A stretch of 64,000 nt of DNA from Verrucomicrobiota bacterium (GCA_049516255.1 JBEKTH010000008.1:16449-80448), one strand, 5' to 3'; shown: positions 20,141 to 29,434, numbered from the stretch's first letter. Numbers and translations: made by a program. Notes: generated by a model not told the origin, from the letters alone.

Positions 20141-20561
20141 TCCGGCCGAGACCCAATCGCTCGGCGAATCGTGGGGACGCGCGGCGGAACGCGGGCGGGT
20201 GATTGCGTTGTCGGGCGATTTGGGCGCGGGCAAGACGGAACTGGTGAAAGGGATCGCGCGCGGGCTGGGCGCCACGGCGCGCGTCCATTCACCGACGTTC
20301 ACGCTGGTGAACGAATACGGCGGCGGGCGGTGGCGATTGTTTCATCTGGACCTCTACCGGCTGGAGAACCCCGGGCAAATTGCGGCGGCGGGGCTCGAAG
20401 AATTTTTGCAGCCCGACGGCGTAACGGTGATCGAATGGGCGGAACGATGGTCGGGGACTGAGGGCCGGGCGTCGAGCGCCGGGGAAAACTGGCTGCGGGT
20501 GAGTATTGAGATTACCGGCGAGACGGAACGAAAAATTGTTTATGACGATTCTGGCGCTTGA
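20118..20561 (+). CDS. tsaE: tRNA t6A37 biosynthesis ATPase TsaE
   Basis: GDLGAGKTELVKGIARGLG P-loop, SPTFTLVNEY, HLDLYRL. Confidence 0.88.
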   Translation: MATFISHSPAETQSLGESWGRAAERGRVIALSGDLGAGKTELVKGIARGLGATARVHSPTFTLVNEYGGGRWRLFHLDLYRLENPGQIAAAGLEEFLQPDGVTVIEWAERWSGTEGRASSAGENWLRVSIEITGETERKIVYDDSGA

Positions 20562-21204
20562 ATTTTCCTCGGCTCAACGCAGCGTGGCCGTCGTGCGCCC
20601 GGACCATCCGCAAATTTGCGTGGAGGCCATCGAGACCGGCGCCGGCGGAACCAACGCCTTTCGCTTGATGGCAAAGGTCCTGGCCGAGGCAAAAGTCGAG
20701 CGTGAACAAATCGAGGTGCTGGCCGTCGGATTGGGCCCCGGTTCCTACACGGGTGTTCGGGTGGCGATTTCCATCGCGCAGGGCTGGCAACTGGCGCGCG
20801 GCGTGAAATTGCTGGGCAGCGGCAGCGGCGAATGTCTGGCAGCGCAGGCGCAGGCGGAGGGAAAATTTGGCCGGGTAAACGTGGTGATCGATGCGCAGCG
20901 GAACGAATTATATCTGGCATCGTATGAGGTTTCATCGGGTGGATGGACGGAAATCGAGCCGCTGCGCATCGTGCCGTTGACCGAACTCCAAACCCGCGTC
21001 AACGCGGGTGGAATCTGGGTGGGTCCGGAAGCAACCCGGTGGCTGTCGAACGGGAAAATCCTTTTCCCGGCGGCCGCAACCCTGGGACGAATCGCCGCCG
21101 GACGAAACGATTTCGTGAGCGGCAACAAATTGACGCCGATTTATCTGCGGGAGACGAATTTCGTCAAGGCCCCCCCCCGCCGTGGAGACCTTGAAACGAG
21201 CTGA
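20542..21204 (+). CDS. tsaB: tRNA t6A37 biosynthesis protein TsaB
   Basis: MTILALEFSS N-terminus, GLGPGSYTGVRV motif. A C9 homopolymer (21170-21178) sits in the last codons. Confidence 0.85.
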   Translation: MTILALEFSSAQRSVAVVRPDHPQICVEAIETGAGGTNAFRLMAKVLAEAKVEREQIEVLAVGLGPGSYTGVRVAISIAQGWQLARGVKLLGSGSGECLAAQAQAEGKFGRVNVVIDAQRNELYLASYEVSSGGWTEIEPLRIVPLTELQTRVNAGGIWVGPEATRWLSNGKILFPAAATLGRIAAGRNDFVSGNKLTPIYLRETNFVKAPPRRGDLETS

Positions 21205-21414
21205 ACGGGGCTGTTTGGTGTCCCTTCAAAGCAGCCTGGTTGCCTGCCGATTCTGTCATATTCTCAGACAGCCTTCACAAGGGGCCAGAACCAACCCATT
21301 GACGGCACGGCTTATACGCATAATCGGCAAGTCGAATAGTGGTATAACGCTTGCTGTATTTTGACTCACAACAGGCAATTGGCCTCATTCCGAAAATTAA
21401 GCGTGAATCGATTT

Positions 21415-21879
21415 ATGGTGACTAGCAATAGAAAGACCGCCAAGTCAAAGGCAAGCGCGGCATTCACCCTGGCGGAAGTGGTGATGGCCATCGGCATTTT
21501 GGTTTTGGCGATGTCAGGGATGATTTACGGCTATGTGCAAACCAACTATAAGGCCGAATGGAGTTCGATGTCCCTGGCCGTTCAAGCGTTGACCGTTCAA
21601 TCAATCGAACAGGCGCGCGCCGCGAAATGGGATGTTTATTCGAGTGCCACAGGATCCAATCCCGATGAACTTCCGCCGGGAACGAACACAATCATATATA
21701 CCAACTCGGTGCTGATTCCCTCCAGCGGCCAAACCATGAGCGTCACCAATACATTGCAAATCACCACCGTCTCCACCATTCCGGCGCTCCGCCAGATCCG
21801 CTCGGATTGCAGGTGGTATTTTTCACGCAGCGGAAATTGGTACACCAACACCGTAATTACTTACCGCGGGGGAAACTAA
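21415..21879 (+). CDS. Pseudopilin-like protein with prepilin-type N-terminal cleavage/methylation domain
   Basis: AAFTLAEVVMAIGILVLAMSGM class III signal-type N-terminus. Start chosen at the MVTSNRK Met. Confidence 0.75.
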   Translation: MVTSNRKTAKSKASAAFTLAEVVMAIGILVLAMSGMIYGYVQTNYKAEWSSMSLAVQALTVQSIEQARAAKWDVYSSATGSNPDELPPGTNTIIYTNSVLIPSSGQTMSVTNTLQITTVSTIPALRQIRSDCRWYFSRSGNWYTNTVITYRGGN

Positions 21880-22481
21880 TGAAACCACTTTCAAACAACG
21901 TGCCACGGCAGGCATCGGCCCGGGCCATGAATGCCCGGGCTTTCACCCTGGTGGAGTTGATGGTCGCCATGGCCATTTTTATGCTCCTGACGCTGGCGAT
22001 GGTCGGGGTGCAAATTTTCGGGTTCAGGATAAACACGCTTACGAGCAGCAAGTTGAAATCCACCGCCTACAGCCTCAAGGCCCTGGATCAAATTCTAAAC
22101 CAGGTCCGCGGCGCCAGCTCGGCGGTGGTCGGAAGTGGAACCAGCATGGCATCGTTCACCAGCACCGGCACCAATGGTCCGGCCCTGATGATTTATTCTC
22201 CCACCGGCGGGAGCAATCTTCTGTATCTCTCCACCAACGCCGGTGCGCTCTACGAGATTCTCGGCTCCAACGGCCAGCAGATGACCCTGGCTTCCAACCT
22301 CACCAATCAGGTGTTGTTCCAGACGGTGGACTGTCACGGCAGCAACATTTCATCCACCGGCCTTGAGCATTACGCCATCCGGATGACCCTGAAATTTTAC
22401 CAAGTAAACTATCAGGCGCCCACCAATGTTTTGGAGTACTACACCTTCCAGACGGAGATGACCCCCCGCAACCAGGACTGA
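21879..22481 (+). CDS. Pseudopilin-like protein with prepilin-type N-terminal cleavage/methylation domain
   Basis: RAFTLVELMVAMAIFMLLTL N-terminus. TAATG overlap with the previous gene. Confidence 0.75.
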   Translation: MKPLSNNVPRQASARAMNARAFTLVELMVAMAIFMLLTLAMVGVQIFGFRINTLTSSKLKSTAYSLKALDQILNQVRGASSAVVGSGTSMASFTSTGTNGPALMIYSPTGGSNLLYLSTNAGALYEILGSNGQQMTLASNLTNQVLFQTVDCHGSNISSTGLEHYAIRMTLKFYQVNYQAPTNVLEYYTFQTEMTPRNQD

Positions 22482-22515
22482 AGCCCCACCATTTAACCAA
22501 ACCACGGAGACAGCC

Positions 22516-24297
22516 ATGAAAATTGCATGTAAAATTTACCAACAATGTGTGCAGGGTTATGCCTTGTTGATGACAATGATCTTCATCAGCGTTGCGCTGT
22601 TGTTGCTGGTCAGCGTTATGAACTGGACCAACAGCAGCGCCATGCAGACGGAACGAAACAACCTGTTCGGCCTGGGCACGGGCGCCGCCGAAGCGGCGAC
22701 CGAGCGCGTCATCGCCCAAATGACGTTTGATTTTTTTAATCAGACGTTCGCGTCCGGAACCAATTATTACATGACGAACAACTTTTGTCAGCCCCCCTCA
22801 ACCACCAATTGGCCGGTTCAATTCTCGTTCAGCAATCCTTCGAACAGCAGCCCAACCTTTGTGAGCGTAAACCCCGTCAACTGGACAACCAACTGGGGAA
22901 CCTTGTTCGCCGCCAACTATACGGGGATGCATGCCGATATAGCCAATTGCACGGTCATTTCCACCGCCACCGCCTTAAATCAGCCGTATACCAACGTTGC
23001 AGCGACGGTCAAGCAAACCTTTGAACTGGCGGCCATTCCCATCTTCCAGTATGCCATTTTTTACGACCTGAACATGGAGATTGATCCTGGCGCCGCCATG
23101 AGCGTCACCGGTCCGGTCTATTCCAATGGCGGTATTTGGTCCGGGTCAACCGTTCTGACGTTCAATTCGCCGGTCAGCGCGGCGGGAAACATCTATAACA
23201 CCAATTCGGATCCGTTTGCCACGAATTACACCGGCACTGGTTCCTCCACTTATCTCACATCCTCGAATATCAACCAGGACACCCTGGCCATGCCCATCGG
23301 CCAAACGAACGATCCCAACGCCATCCGGGCATTGCTGAACCTGCCACCCGCCGGCACAACTCCGTATTCAAGCACGGGCCAATTGTATTTTATCAACCAA
23401 TCCGATTTAATCGTCTCCAATTCACCCAGTGGCACCATTTCAGTCTATCTTCAGGATTCGAACAATGTCACGCCGGTCAAATACATACCCCCCAACGTAA
23501 CGAAAATGACCACCAATGGTGCTACCGTTACAACAAACCTGAGTTACTCGTTTGCCACCAACACCACGTTCTACGATTACCGTGAGGGAAAAACCGTTGC
23601 CGCCGTCCAGCTCAATGTAGGCGCATTGACCAACTGGATGGCCAGTACGAACGGCAGCACGCTTAACACTCAACTCTACAACGACAGCGGGCATTATATT
23701 GATTCGGTCTATGTCTATAACAATGCCCCATCCAGCAGCTCCAGTCTTCCCGCCGTACGCATGGCCAATGGCTCCGTTCTGCCGTCCCAAGGGCTTACCG
23801 TGGTCACGCCCGATCCGCTCTACGTGCTGGGCAATTACAACGCCAGTGGCACATCACTCAATAACGGCACCAACGTGGCCAATACCGCTCCCGCCGCGCT
23901 TCTCGGCGATTCCATCACCGCCCTTTCCACCAGCTGGAGCGACAGCTGGAACTCGAGCACCGCTCTGGGTTCGCGTAATCCCGGCGCCACCACCATTAAC
24001 GCGGCGGCATTTGAAGGCATCGTCCCCACTGTTGGCGCCAATTACAGCGGTGGTGTCGAAAATTTTATTCGTTTGCTGGAAAACTGGAGCAGCTCCACCA
24101 CCCTGACCTATAACGGCTCCATCGTCGTCATGTTCCCCAGCCAATACGCGACCAACAAATGGCAGGCAACCGGCAATTATTACAATGCGCCCCACCGCGC
24201 CTGGGCCTTCGACCTTAATTTCCAAAATAACAACGGACTGCCACCGCTCACCCCAAGGGTTACAAAGATATTCCGCCAAACCTGGAGTGTTTATTAA
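22516..24297 (+). CDS. Large Asn/Ser/Thr-rich pilus-associated protein with an N-terminal hydrophobic anchor (GspK/PilX-like position)
   Basis: N-terminus GYALLMTMIFISVALLLLVSV followed by ~560 aa of N/S/T-rich sequence. Third gene of the pseudopilin cluster. Confidence 0.6.
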   Translation: MKIACKIYQQCVQGYALLMTMIFISVALLLLVSVMNWTNSSAMQTERNNLFGLGTGAAEAATERVIAQMTFDFFNQTFASGTNYYMTNNFCQPPSTTNWPVQFSFSNPSNSSPTFVSVNPVNWTTNWGTLFAANYTGMHADIANCTVISTATALNQPYTNVAATVKQTFELAAIPIFQYAIFYDLNMEIDPGAAMSVTGPVYSNGGIWSGSTVLTFNSPVSAAGNIYNTNSDPFATNYTGTGSSTYLTSSNINQDTLAMPIGQTNDPNAIRALLNLPPAGTTPYSSTGQLYFINQSDLIVSNSPSGTISVYLQDSNNVTPVKYIPPNVTKMTTNGATVTTNLSYSFATNTTFYDYREGKTVAAVQLNVGALTNWMASTNGSTLNTQLYNDSGHYIDSVYVYNNAPSSSSSLPAVRMANGSVLPSQGLTVVTPDPLYVLGNYNASGTSLNNGTNVANTAPAALLGDSITALSTSWSDSWNSSTALGSRNPGATTINAAAFEGIVPTVGANYSGGVENFIRLLENWSSSTTLTYNGSIVVMFPSQYATNKWQATGNYYNAPHRAWAFDLNFQNNNGLPPLTPRVTKIFRQTWSVY

Positions 24298-24360
24298 GCC
24301 AGGCTGCGGAAAAGCGAAAACTTTCTTCCGCCGGATCCTTCGCACTGGTAGGCTGCGAAC

Positions 24361-25407
24361 GTGAAAGCCGCCATCCTTCACGGCCGGGAACACCTTCGAA
24401 TCGAGGACGTCGCGCCGCCTCCGCTGAAGGCCGGTGAAGTCCGTGTCCGCATCGAGGCCACGCTCACCTGCGGCACCGACCTGAAAGTTTTCAAGCGCGG
24501 ATATCATGCCAAAATGATTGTGCCGCCCGCCGCGTTTGGACACGAGCTGGCGGGCGTCATTTGCGAGGTTCACAGTCCAGGGCCCAAAACCCGGGGTTGG
24601 GACTGGAAAATTGGCGACCGCGTCGTGGCGGCCAATTCCGCGCCGTGTGGCGGATGTTTCCACTGTCAGGAAGGCCGGGAAAATCTCTGCGAACATTTGT
24701 TGTTTCTGAACGGCACTTATGCCGAATCCATCGTCATCCCCGCGCGACTTGCGCAAAAAAACCTGCTGCGGCTCAACCCGGAAACCGATTTTCGCGACGC
24801 CGCACTCGTGGAGCCGCTGGCCTGCGTCGTCCAGGGATTGGCAGACACGAAATTGGGTGCCGGCCAAAACGTCCTGGTCATCGGCGCCGGCCCGATTGGC
24901 TTGATGTTCGTCGCGCTGACAAAAAATCTTGGCTGCCACGTGACCGTGGCCGGACGGCGCGCGGCGCGATTGGAAGCCGCACGGCGGCTGGGTGCGGAGC
25001 AGGTCATTGACGTCGGTGACGGCCGGGAATTGGCCGCCAAAATCCGCGGTGTCGCCCCGACGCGTTTTGATGCCGTGATTGAAGCGGTCGGCAAACCGGA
25101 AACGTGGGAGGCCGCCGTGCAGCTCGTGCGCAAAGGCGGCACGGTGAATTTTTTCGGCGGCTGCCCGGCTTGCACCCAGGTGTCATTCCCTGCGGAATTG
25201 ATTCATTATTCCAATCTCACCCTCCTGGCGAGTTTTCATCACACGCCACGTACCATCCGTCGCGCCCTGGAATTTATCGAGGCCGGTGTGGTCCGCGCCC
25301 GGGACTTTGTGGACGGCGAATGTCCGTTGAGCCAATTGCCGGAGCTGTTCAAGTCAATGGCGGCGGGCAATCACGCCATCAAAACCCTGATCCGCGTCCA
25401 GGAATGA
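24361..25407 (+). CDS. Zn-dependent medium-chain dehydrogenase/reductase (sorbitol/threonine dehydrogenase-like)
   Basis: GHELAG catalytic-Zn motif, structural-Zn cluster CGGCFHCQEGRENLC, NAD-binding VIGAGPIGL. GTG start. Confidence 0.85.
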   Translation: MKAAILHGREHLRIEDVAPPPLKAGEVRVRIEATLTCGTDLKVFKRGYHAKMIVPPAAFGHELAGVICEVHSPGPKTRGWDWKIGDRVVAANSAPCGGCFHCQEGRENLCEHLLFLNGTYAESIVIPARLAQKNLLRLNPETDFRDAALVEPLACVVQGLADTKLGAGQNVLVIGAGPIGLMFVALTKNLGCHVTVAGRRAARLEAARRLGAEQVIDVGDGRELAAKIRGVAPTRFDAVIEAVGKPETWEAAVQLVRKGGTVNFFGGCPACTQVSFPAELIHYSNLTLLASFHHTPRTIRRALEFIEAGVVRARDFVDGECPLSQLPELFKSMAAGNHAIKTLIRVQE

Positions 25408-25470
25408 ATCGGGAGGGACGACCGGTTGGCGTCCCAAAATCTGCGCCGCCAATACGGCGGTGGTCCCGGA

Positions 25471-26997
25471 TCATTTCAGAAAATCCTCCAAAACCCGGTG
25501 CATCTTTTTCAAGTCCGGCAGATTTACGTACATCATGTGGCCGGCTTCAAAGGTGGCATAGGTGATGTTGGTGCGGTAGACCGGGTCAACGGGCATATGT
25601 TCGAGCGCATAACGCACCGTGTCCGGAGGGCACACCAGGTCCCGCATCCCCCCCAACACCAGCACATGCATGTAGGGATTCTGGTTCATCACGGACGCCA
25701 GTTGGCCGCTCACGTTCGGATAATCGTTCTGCGCACCGTAATTCCACGGCTGCACACCGGCAATGATTTCGTAGGGCAAATCGTCTTCAAACTTTAATTC
25801 CTCGCGGACATAGGCGTTCATCGCCGCCGCGAACGGCCCGTAAGTGGCCGCATAAGACGGATCGAAATCGGGATACGGCGAGGCCGGGTCATCGTCACGT
25901 CCGGTGATGCGCGCATCGTAGGCACCGAGGATCAAACCCTCATCGTGCAACAACTGTTTGCGAAACAACTCGCTGCCGATCCGCAGGTGGTTGTCCTCGA
26001 TCACCGGCGGGTTCAGACCGGTGAGCCGCGCAAGTTCGGCGACAATTTTTTCCCGTTCGTCGGCGGGCAGCGCCGCGCCCTGCTGCAACGCCGTGGCGTA
26101 CTCACCCTTCGCAAATTCACGCGCTTCGGCCTGCGCTTTGGGTAAATCCGCCTGCAGATCCGGCGGCAGTTTTTTGAAATAAAACGCCGTGGCAGTGTAA
26201 TTGGGCAGGAAAAGTTCAAACGGCAGGTCATTGCCCGCTCCGTCGTCGATGGTCGCGAAATCCAATACGCCCGACACCAGAACCAGACCATTGAGATACA
26301 TGCCGTAGCGCGAACGCAAACGCTCCGCCAGCCCCGCGGCGCGAAAGACGCCGTAACTTTCGCCGCAGAGGTATTTCGGTGAAAGCCAGCGCTCGTGACG
26401 CGTCGTCCAAAGGCGGATAAATTCACCGACGGACTCCAGGTCCGCAGACTGGCTGAAAAATTGGTCGGCCTTTTCGTCCTTCGCCGCGCGGCTGAAGCCA
26501 GTGGCGACCGGGTCAACGAAAACCAGATCACTGCCGTCCAGAACCGAATACGGATTGTCCGCCAGGCTGAATGGCGGTTTCGGCAGGGTGCCGTCCTCGT
26601 TCATCTTCACGCGGCGCGGACCCAGCGCGCCAAGATGCAGCCACACCGAGGAAGAACCCGGGCCGCCATTGAAACAAAACATGACGGGCCGCGTGGCGGC
26701 GTCGGACTCCCCCGTACGCGTGTAAGCGACGTAAAAAACCGAGGCACTCGACGTACCATCGGGTTTGAGAATGGGCAGCATGCCGGTTTCGGCCGTGTAG
26801 GTCACGCGTTGGCCGGCAATCACCACCGTGTTGGTGGTGAGGACCGGTTGGTGCGTTGCGTCGGGAATGGTGGCGACCTCCGACTTCTTCGCGGCGGACG
26901 CATTGGTGTTCTGGGAGGAAGAATCGGTTTTGGCCGTGTCAGCAGCACGGAGATTCACCGCCAGCACCACGAGCAGGAGCCCGAGAATGGTTTTCAT
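25471..26997 (-). CDS. Secreted serine carboxypeptidase, peptidase S10 family
   Basis: Signal peptide, FCFNGGPGSSSVW, catalytic Ser motif GESYGVF. Confidence 0.8.
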   Translation of the reverse strand: MKTILGLLLVVLAVNLRAADTAKTDSSSQNTNASAAKKSEVATIPDATHQPVLTTNTVVIAGQRVTYTAETGMLPILKPDGTSSASVFYVAYTRTGESDAATRPVMFCFNGGPGSSSVWLHLGALGPRRVKMNEDGTLPKPPFSLADNPYSVLDGSDLVFVDPVATGFSRAAKDEKADQFFSQSADLESVGEFIRLWTTRHERWLSPKYLCGESYGVFRAAGLAERLRSRYGMYLNGLVLVSGVLDFATIDDGAGNDLPFELFLPNYTATAFYFKKLPPDLQADLPKAQAEAREFAKGEYATALQQGAALPADEREKIVAELARLTGLNPPVIEDNHLRIGSELFRKQLLHDEGLILGAYDARITGRDDDPASPYPDFDPSYAATYGPFAAAMNAYVREELKFEDDLPYEIIAGVQPWNYGAQNDYPNVSGQLASVMNQNPYMHVLVLGGMRDLVCPPDTVRYALEHMPVDPVYRTNITYATFEAGHMMYVNLPDLKKMHRVLEDFLK

Positions 26998-27090
26998 TTG
27001 TAATTTCGATTTTTGCAGTCAGACCACTTTTTGACAACCATTTACGCAAAATTCGCGTCATGGTAAAACAGATTGCGCTAGGGGTTGAAA

Positions 27091-27555
27091 TTAGTCTTTG
27101 CGGCGCGTATTTACCTCAATTCGTTTCAATTCATCACGCAGACTCTTAAGCATTGAATACACCATCCACGGGAAAATAATCCAGAAAATGGCTAGTATCA
27201 GGAAGAAGATGAAAACGGCCAGGAAAATTAATCCGCCAACAGCTCCACCGACTATCGGAAAAATCTCATCGATGTAATTCCCAATTTTTTCGCCAAAGAA
27301 ATAGGCCAGGATGATCGCCGCCACGATTCCGCCAATTACGTAGAGCCAGCCGAATCTGATTTTCTTGGGTTGCTTGGGTTTGTTCGGGTTTACAAATTCA
27401 GACAGGTTTAAATAAAGCTGAGTAGATTTTCCACAATGCGGGCAATCAATCATTTGGCCCAGTACGCGATGGCCGGTAGAACCAGTGCGTTCAAGCCCGT
27501 CGGCCTCAAACTCAATACTGCCGCCACAATGCTGGCATGAACATTTCGCTAACAT
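27091..27555 (-). CDS. Hypothetical membrane protein with an N-terminal double-CxxC zinc ribbon (island gene A)
   Basis: CQHCGG...CPHCGK ribbon, three hydrophobic helices, charged C-terminal tail. Lower GC than the core genes. Confidence 0.6.
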   Translation of the reverse strand: MLAKCSCQHCGGSIEFEADGLERTGSTGHRVLGQMIDCPHCGKSTQLYLNLSEFVNPNKPKQPKKIRFGWLYVIGGIVAAIILAYFFGEKIGNYIDEIFPIVGGAVGGLIFLAVFIFFLILAIFWIIFPWMVYSMLKSLRDELKRIEVNTRRKD

Positions 27556-27848
27556 AGATTTCCACGATTAGCCCGCAAACCATTGAGGCGGTCAAGTTCC
27601 GAAAATTTGGATAGGGGTGGGGTGAACACCCCATAGCGGGACCGGCGACATTTGCTTAAATTGTCGCCGCCATTGGGTGAGACCGACGGCACCGGCCAAC
27701 CGGTCCCGGCACCAGCTCTGGCGCGTATGCTCCATTGATTACCGAAGTTGCCGTTAATGTCTTATTGGTGCTGGACAGTGTAGGCGAAATTTGGGCATTT
27801 TGCCTTTGATTTGGATGTAAATTGGCAAAAAATGATTAGTTTAAACTA

Positions 27849-27876
27849 TTGACTCATACCTGCCTTATGCTAAAGT
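27849..27876 (+). promoter_or_regulatory. Candidate sigma70-type promoter P1 (TTGACT-16-TAAAGT)
   Basis: Hexamers read directly at 27849-27854 and 27871-27876. The AT-rich context makes chance matches likely. Confidence 0.25.
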
Positions 27877-27926
27877 TGAATCATAAACACCCGACAGAAA
27901 GCCGTCCAATGCCTTTAAAATCATTG

Positions 27927-27955
27927 TTGACAGCACTAAATGAAGAGTTTATGCT
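27927..27955 (+). promoter_or_regulatory. Candidate sigma70-type promoter P2 (TTGACA-17-TATGCT)
   Basis: Consensus -35 hexamer at 27927-27932, a 17-nt spacer, and TATGCT at 27950-27955, about 155 nt upstream of island gene B. Confidence 0.35.
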
Positions 27956-28109
27956 GCCAGTCGTTCTAAGTCTTGATTGTGGCCAAATCCAGAAGCAAAT
28001 TACGAGGTTTTCTGCCGTTTTTTTTGAACCAATGCCGGGTGGACTATTGTCTCAACCCGCGGATGGCATTGGCGCTTGGCACGATTCAAGCAAGTAGAAA
28101 GGTATCCGT

Positions 28110-28313
28110 ATGACTACGACAACATTCACCGGTTCCAAAGCCGGAAATTATCGGTCGAAAACAGAAAAACCTTCTGTTGCCGGCAGAGGCCGTATCATCA
28201 CTCGGAACCACGCCTCGCGGGCGAACAAGCTGACTGATGCTGCACTCCGAGGAATAGCCAAAGACTGCTATCCTGAGTACGTGTCTCCATTCAGCAAGAT
28301 CGCTGACTGCTAA
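28110..28313 (+). CDS. Small basic hypothetical protein, 67 aa (island gene B)
   Basis: ATG preceded by gaaagg. 19-nt gap to gene C. No family recognised. Confidence 0.45.
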   Translation: MTTTTFTGSKAGNYRSKTEKPSVAGRGRIITRNHASRANKLTDAALRGIAKDCYPEYVSPFSKIADC

Positions 28314-28331
28314 ACTTAAACGTCTCCAAAA

Positions 28332-28946
28332 ATGAGCGACGCCGGTAACAACGGTGGCATACTATTTTCATCTTTCGAAGAAGACTGTTTCGAAATTCAC
28401 AGGGTGTTTGAGTTCGGAATCGAACAATGGAATTCAAACTGGGCCGGCCAGCAGGGCGTTGTCATTGGAGTGAACAAGGAAGCGGTCGAAGTGGCCTCCA
28501 CGTTGGGAGGGAAAATAATGTATGATTCTTTTCCGACATCTCCAGATGCTTTTAAACGGGTCGCAGCGTTGCTCGTAATGATGGCATTACATCCCTTTGT
28601 AATAGGGAGAGCCGCTGACCCGAAGGGAATGTATGTGCGCGTTCTACAGGGGGATGATTTGCGACCGTTCGCTATTAGGTTTGTCGTTGATTCCCTACCT
28701 CTCATTTTCGGCTTACTGGACCAAAATGTAACAAAGGATGGCATTGACACTTGGGTTACGCTTAATAAATGGAAAGGCTTTCGCAGTAATGACCTTCGGG
28801 ACGAGTTTATAAAGCTTCTTTATTCAATCAGTAAATCAGACGTGATTGTTTGGGAGGGTCCTGTTCTAAAATATCGCCAAGACCGGTTAAGCCGAGGCAT
28901 ACTTGCAGTTTCGCTCACATTAAAGGCTGCCTACGGAGAAGTCTAG
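28332..28946 (+). CDS. Hypothetical protein with a degenerate Fic/Doc-like core (island gene C)
   Basis: The segment FKRVAALLVMMALHPFVIGRAADPKG resembles the helix plus HPFxDGNKR region of Doc/Fic proteins, but with I, R, A, A in place of the D/E, N, G/K and R positions of the motif. Confidence 0.55.
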   Translation: MSDAGNNGGILFSSFEEDCFEIHRVFEFGIEQWNSNWAGQQGVVIGVNKEAVEVASTLGGKIMYDSFPTSPDAFKRVAALLVMMALHPFVIGRAADPKGMYVRVLQGDDLRPFAIRFVVDSLPLIFGLLDQNVTKDGIDTWVTLNKWKGFRSNDLRDEFIKLLYSISKSDVIVWEGPVLKYRQDRLSRGILAVSLTLKAAYGEV

Positions 28947-29434
28947 GGTGCGATTTTCGCAATCGCGTCCGCAATTTTGTTCCAACCAGTCCGGCTCACA
29001 ATATAAGTTCGCGGTGTGACCGTGGCGATAAGGCCGGATTTGATTGCGGTACTAATATCACGCGGGAAGTTGGCTGGTGGAGTGTCTTTTGCTTCCGCGA
29101 ACCGAGATTCCATGTCTGCGCTGCGCCAACTATCAGTTTTAACCTTCGACTCGTGAAAGGCGCCCATCAGCAGAATTTTGTCCGGGTTCGTGATCCATTT
29201 AATCTTATTGAGCACTTCAGCCGCCGAATGCTTGCTTAGCCAGGCCTTGGCAGACACGCTTTGGTCTCCGGTTGAATCCGCAGACCGTTCGCCAAAAATG
29301 GCCGTTTGAGTCGGCGGGGCCGCTTCGTCTGACTCATGCTCCGAGATAAGCGCCATTAGCTCGGGAAGCGCGTCATCCTTAAGGATAACTCGCATATCAA
29401 TGGAACCCTTCTCAAATCGAAGTTTTATGCTCAT
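28943..29434 (-). CDS. Hypothetical protein with a C-terminal winged-helix-like domain (island gene D)
   Basis: Convergent with gene C (4-nt overlap). Acidic and disordered middle. The C-terminal ~90 aa pattern (KWITNPDKILLMGAF...SWRSADMESRFAEAKDTPPANFPRDISTAIKSGLI) resembles uncharacterised wHTH proteins. Confidence 0.55.
   Translation of the reverse strand: MSIKLRFEKGSIDMRVILKDDALPELMALISEHESDEAAPPTQTAIFGERSADSTGDQSVSAKAWLSKHSAAEVLNKIKWITNPDKILLMGAFHESKVKTDSWRSADMESRFAEAKDTPPANFPRDISTAIKSGLIATVTPRTYIVSRTGWNKIADAIAKIAP

Noticed and set aside
21170-21178. C9 homopolymer in the last codons of tsaB, considered as a phase-variation tract
   Set aside because: It sits 26 nt from the stop of an essential-pathway gene, and any slippage would alter only a short non-conserved tail. 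A sequencing-error-prone tract is a simpler explanation.
27630-27710. Nested hairpins that could be a tRNA or tmRNA fragment serving as an integration site
   Set aside because: No T-loop (GTTCRANYC) or acceptor/anticodon geometry could be found. Kept only as an unexplained structure within the leader finding.
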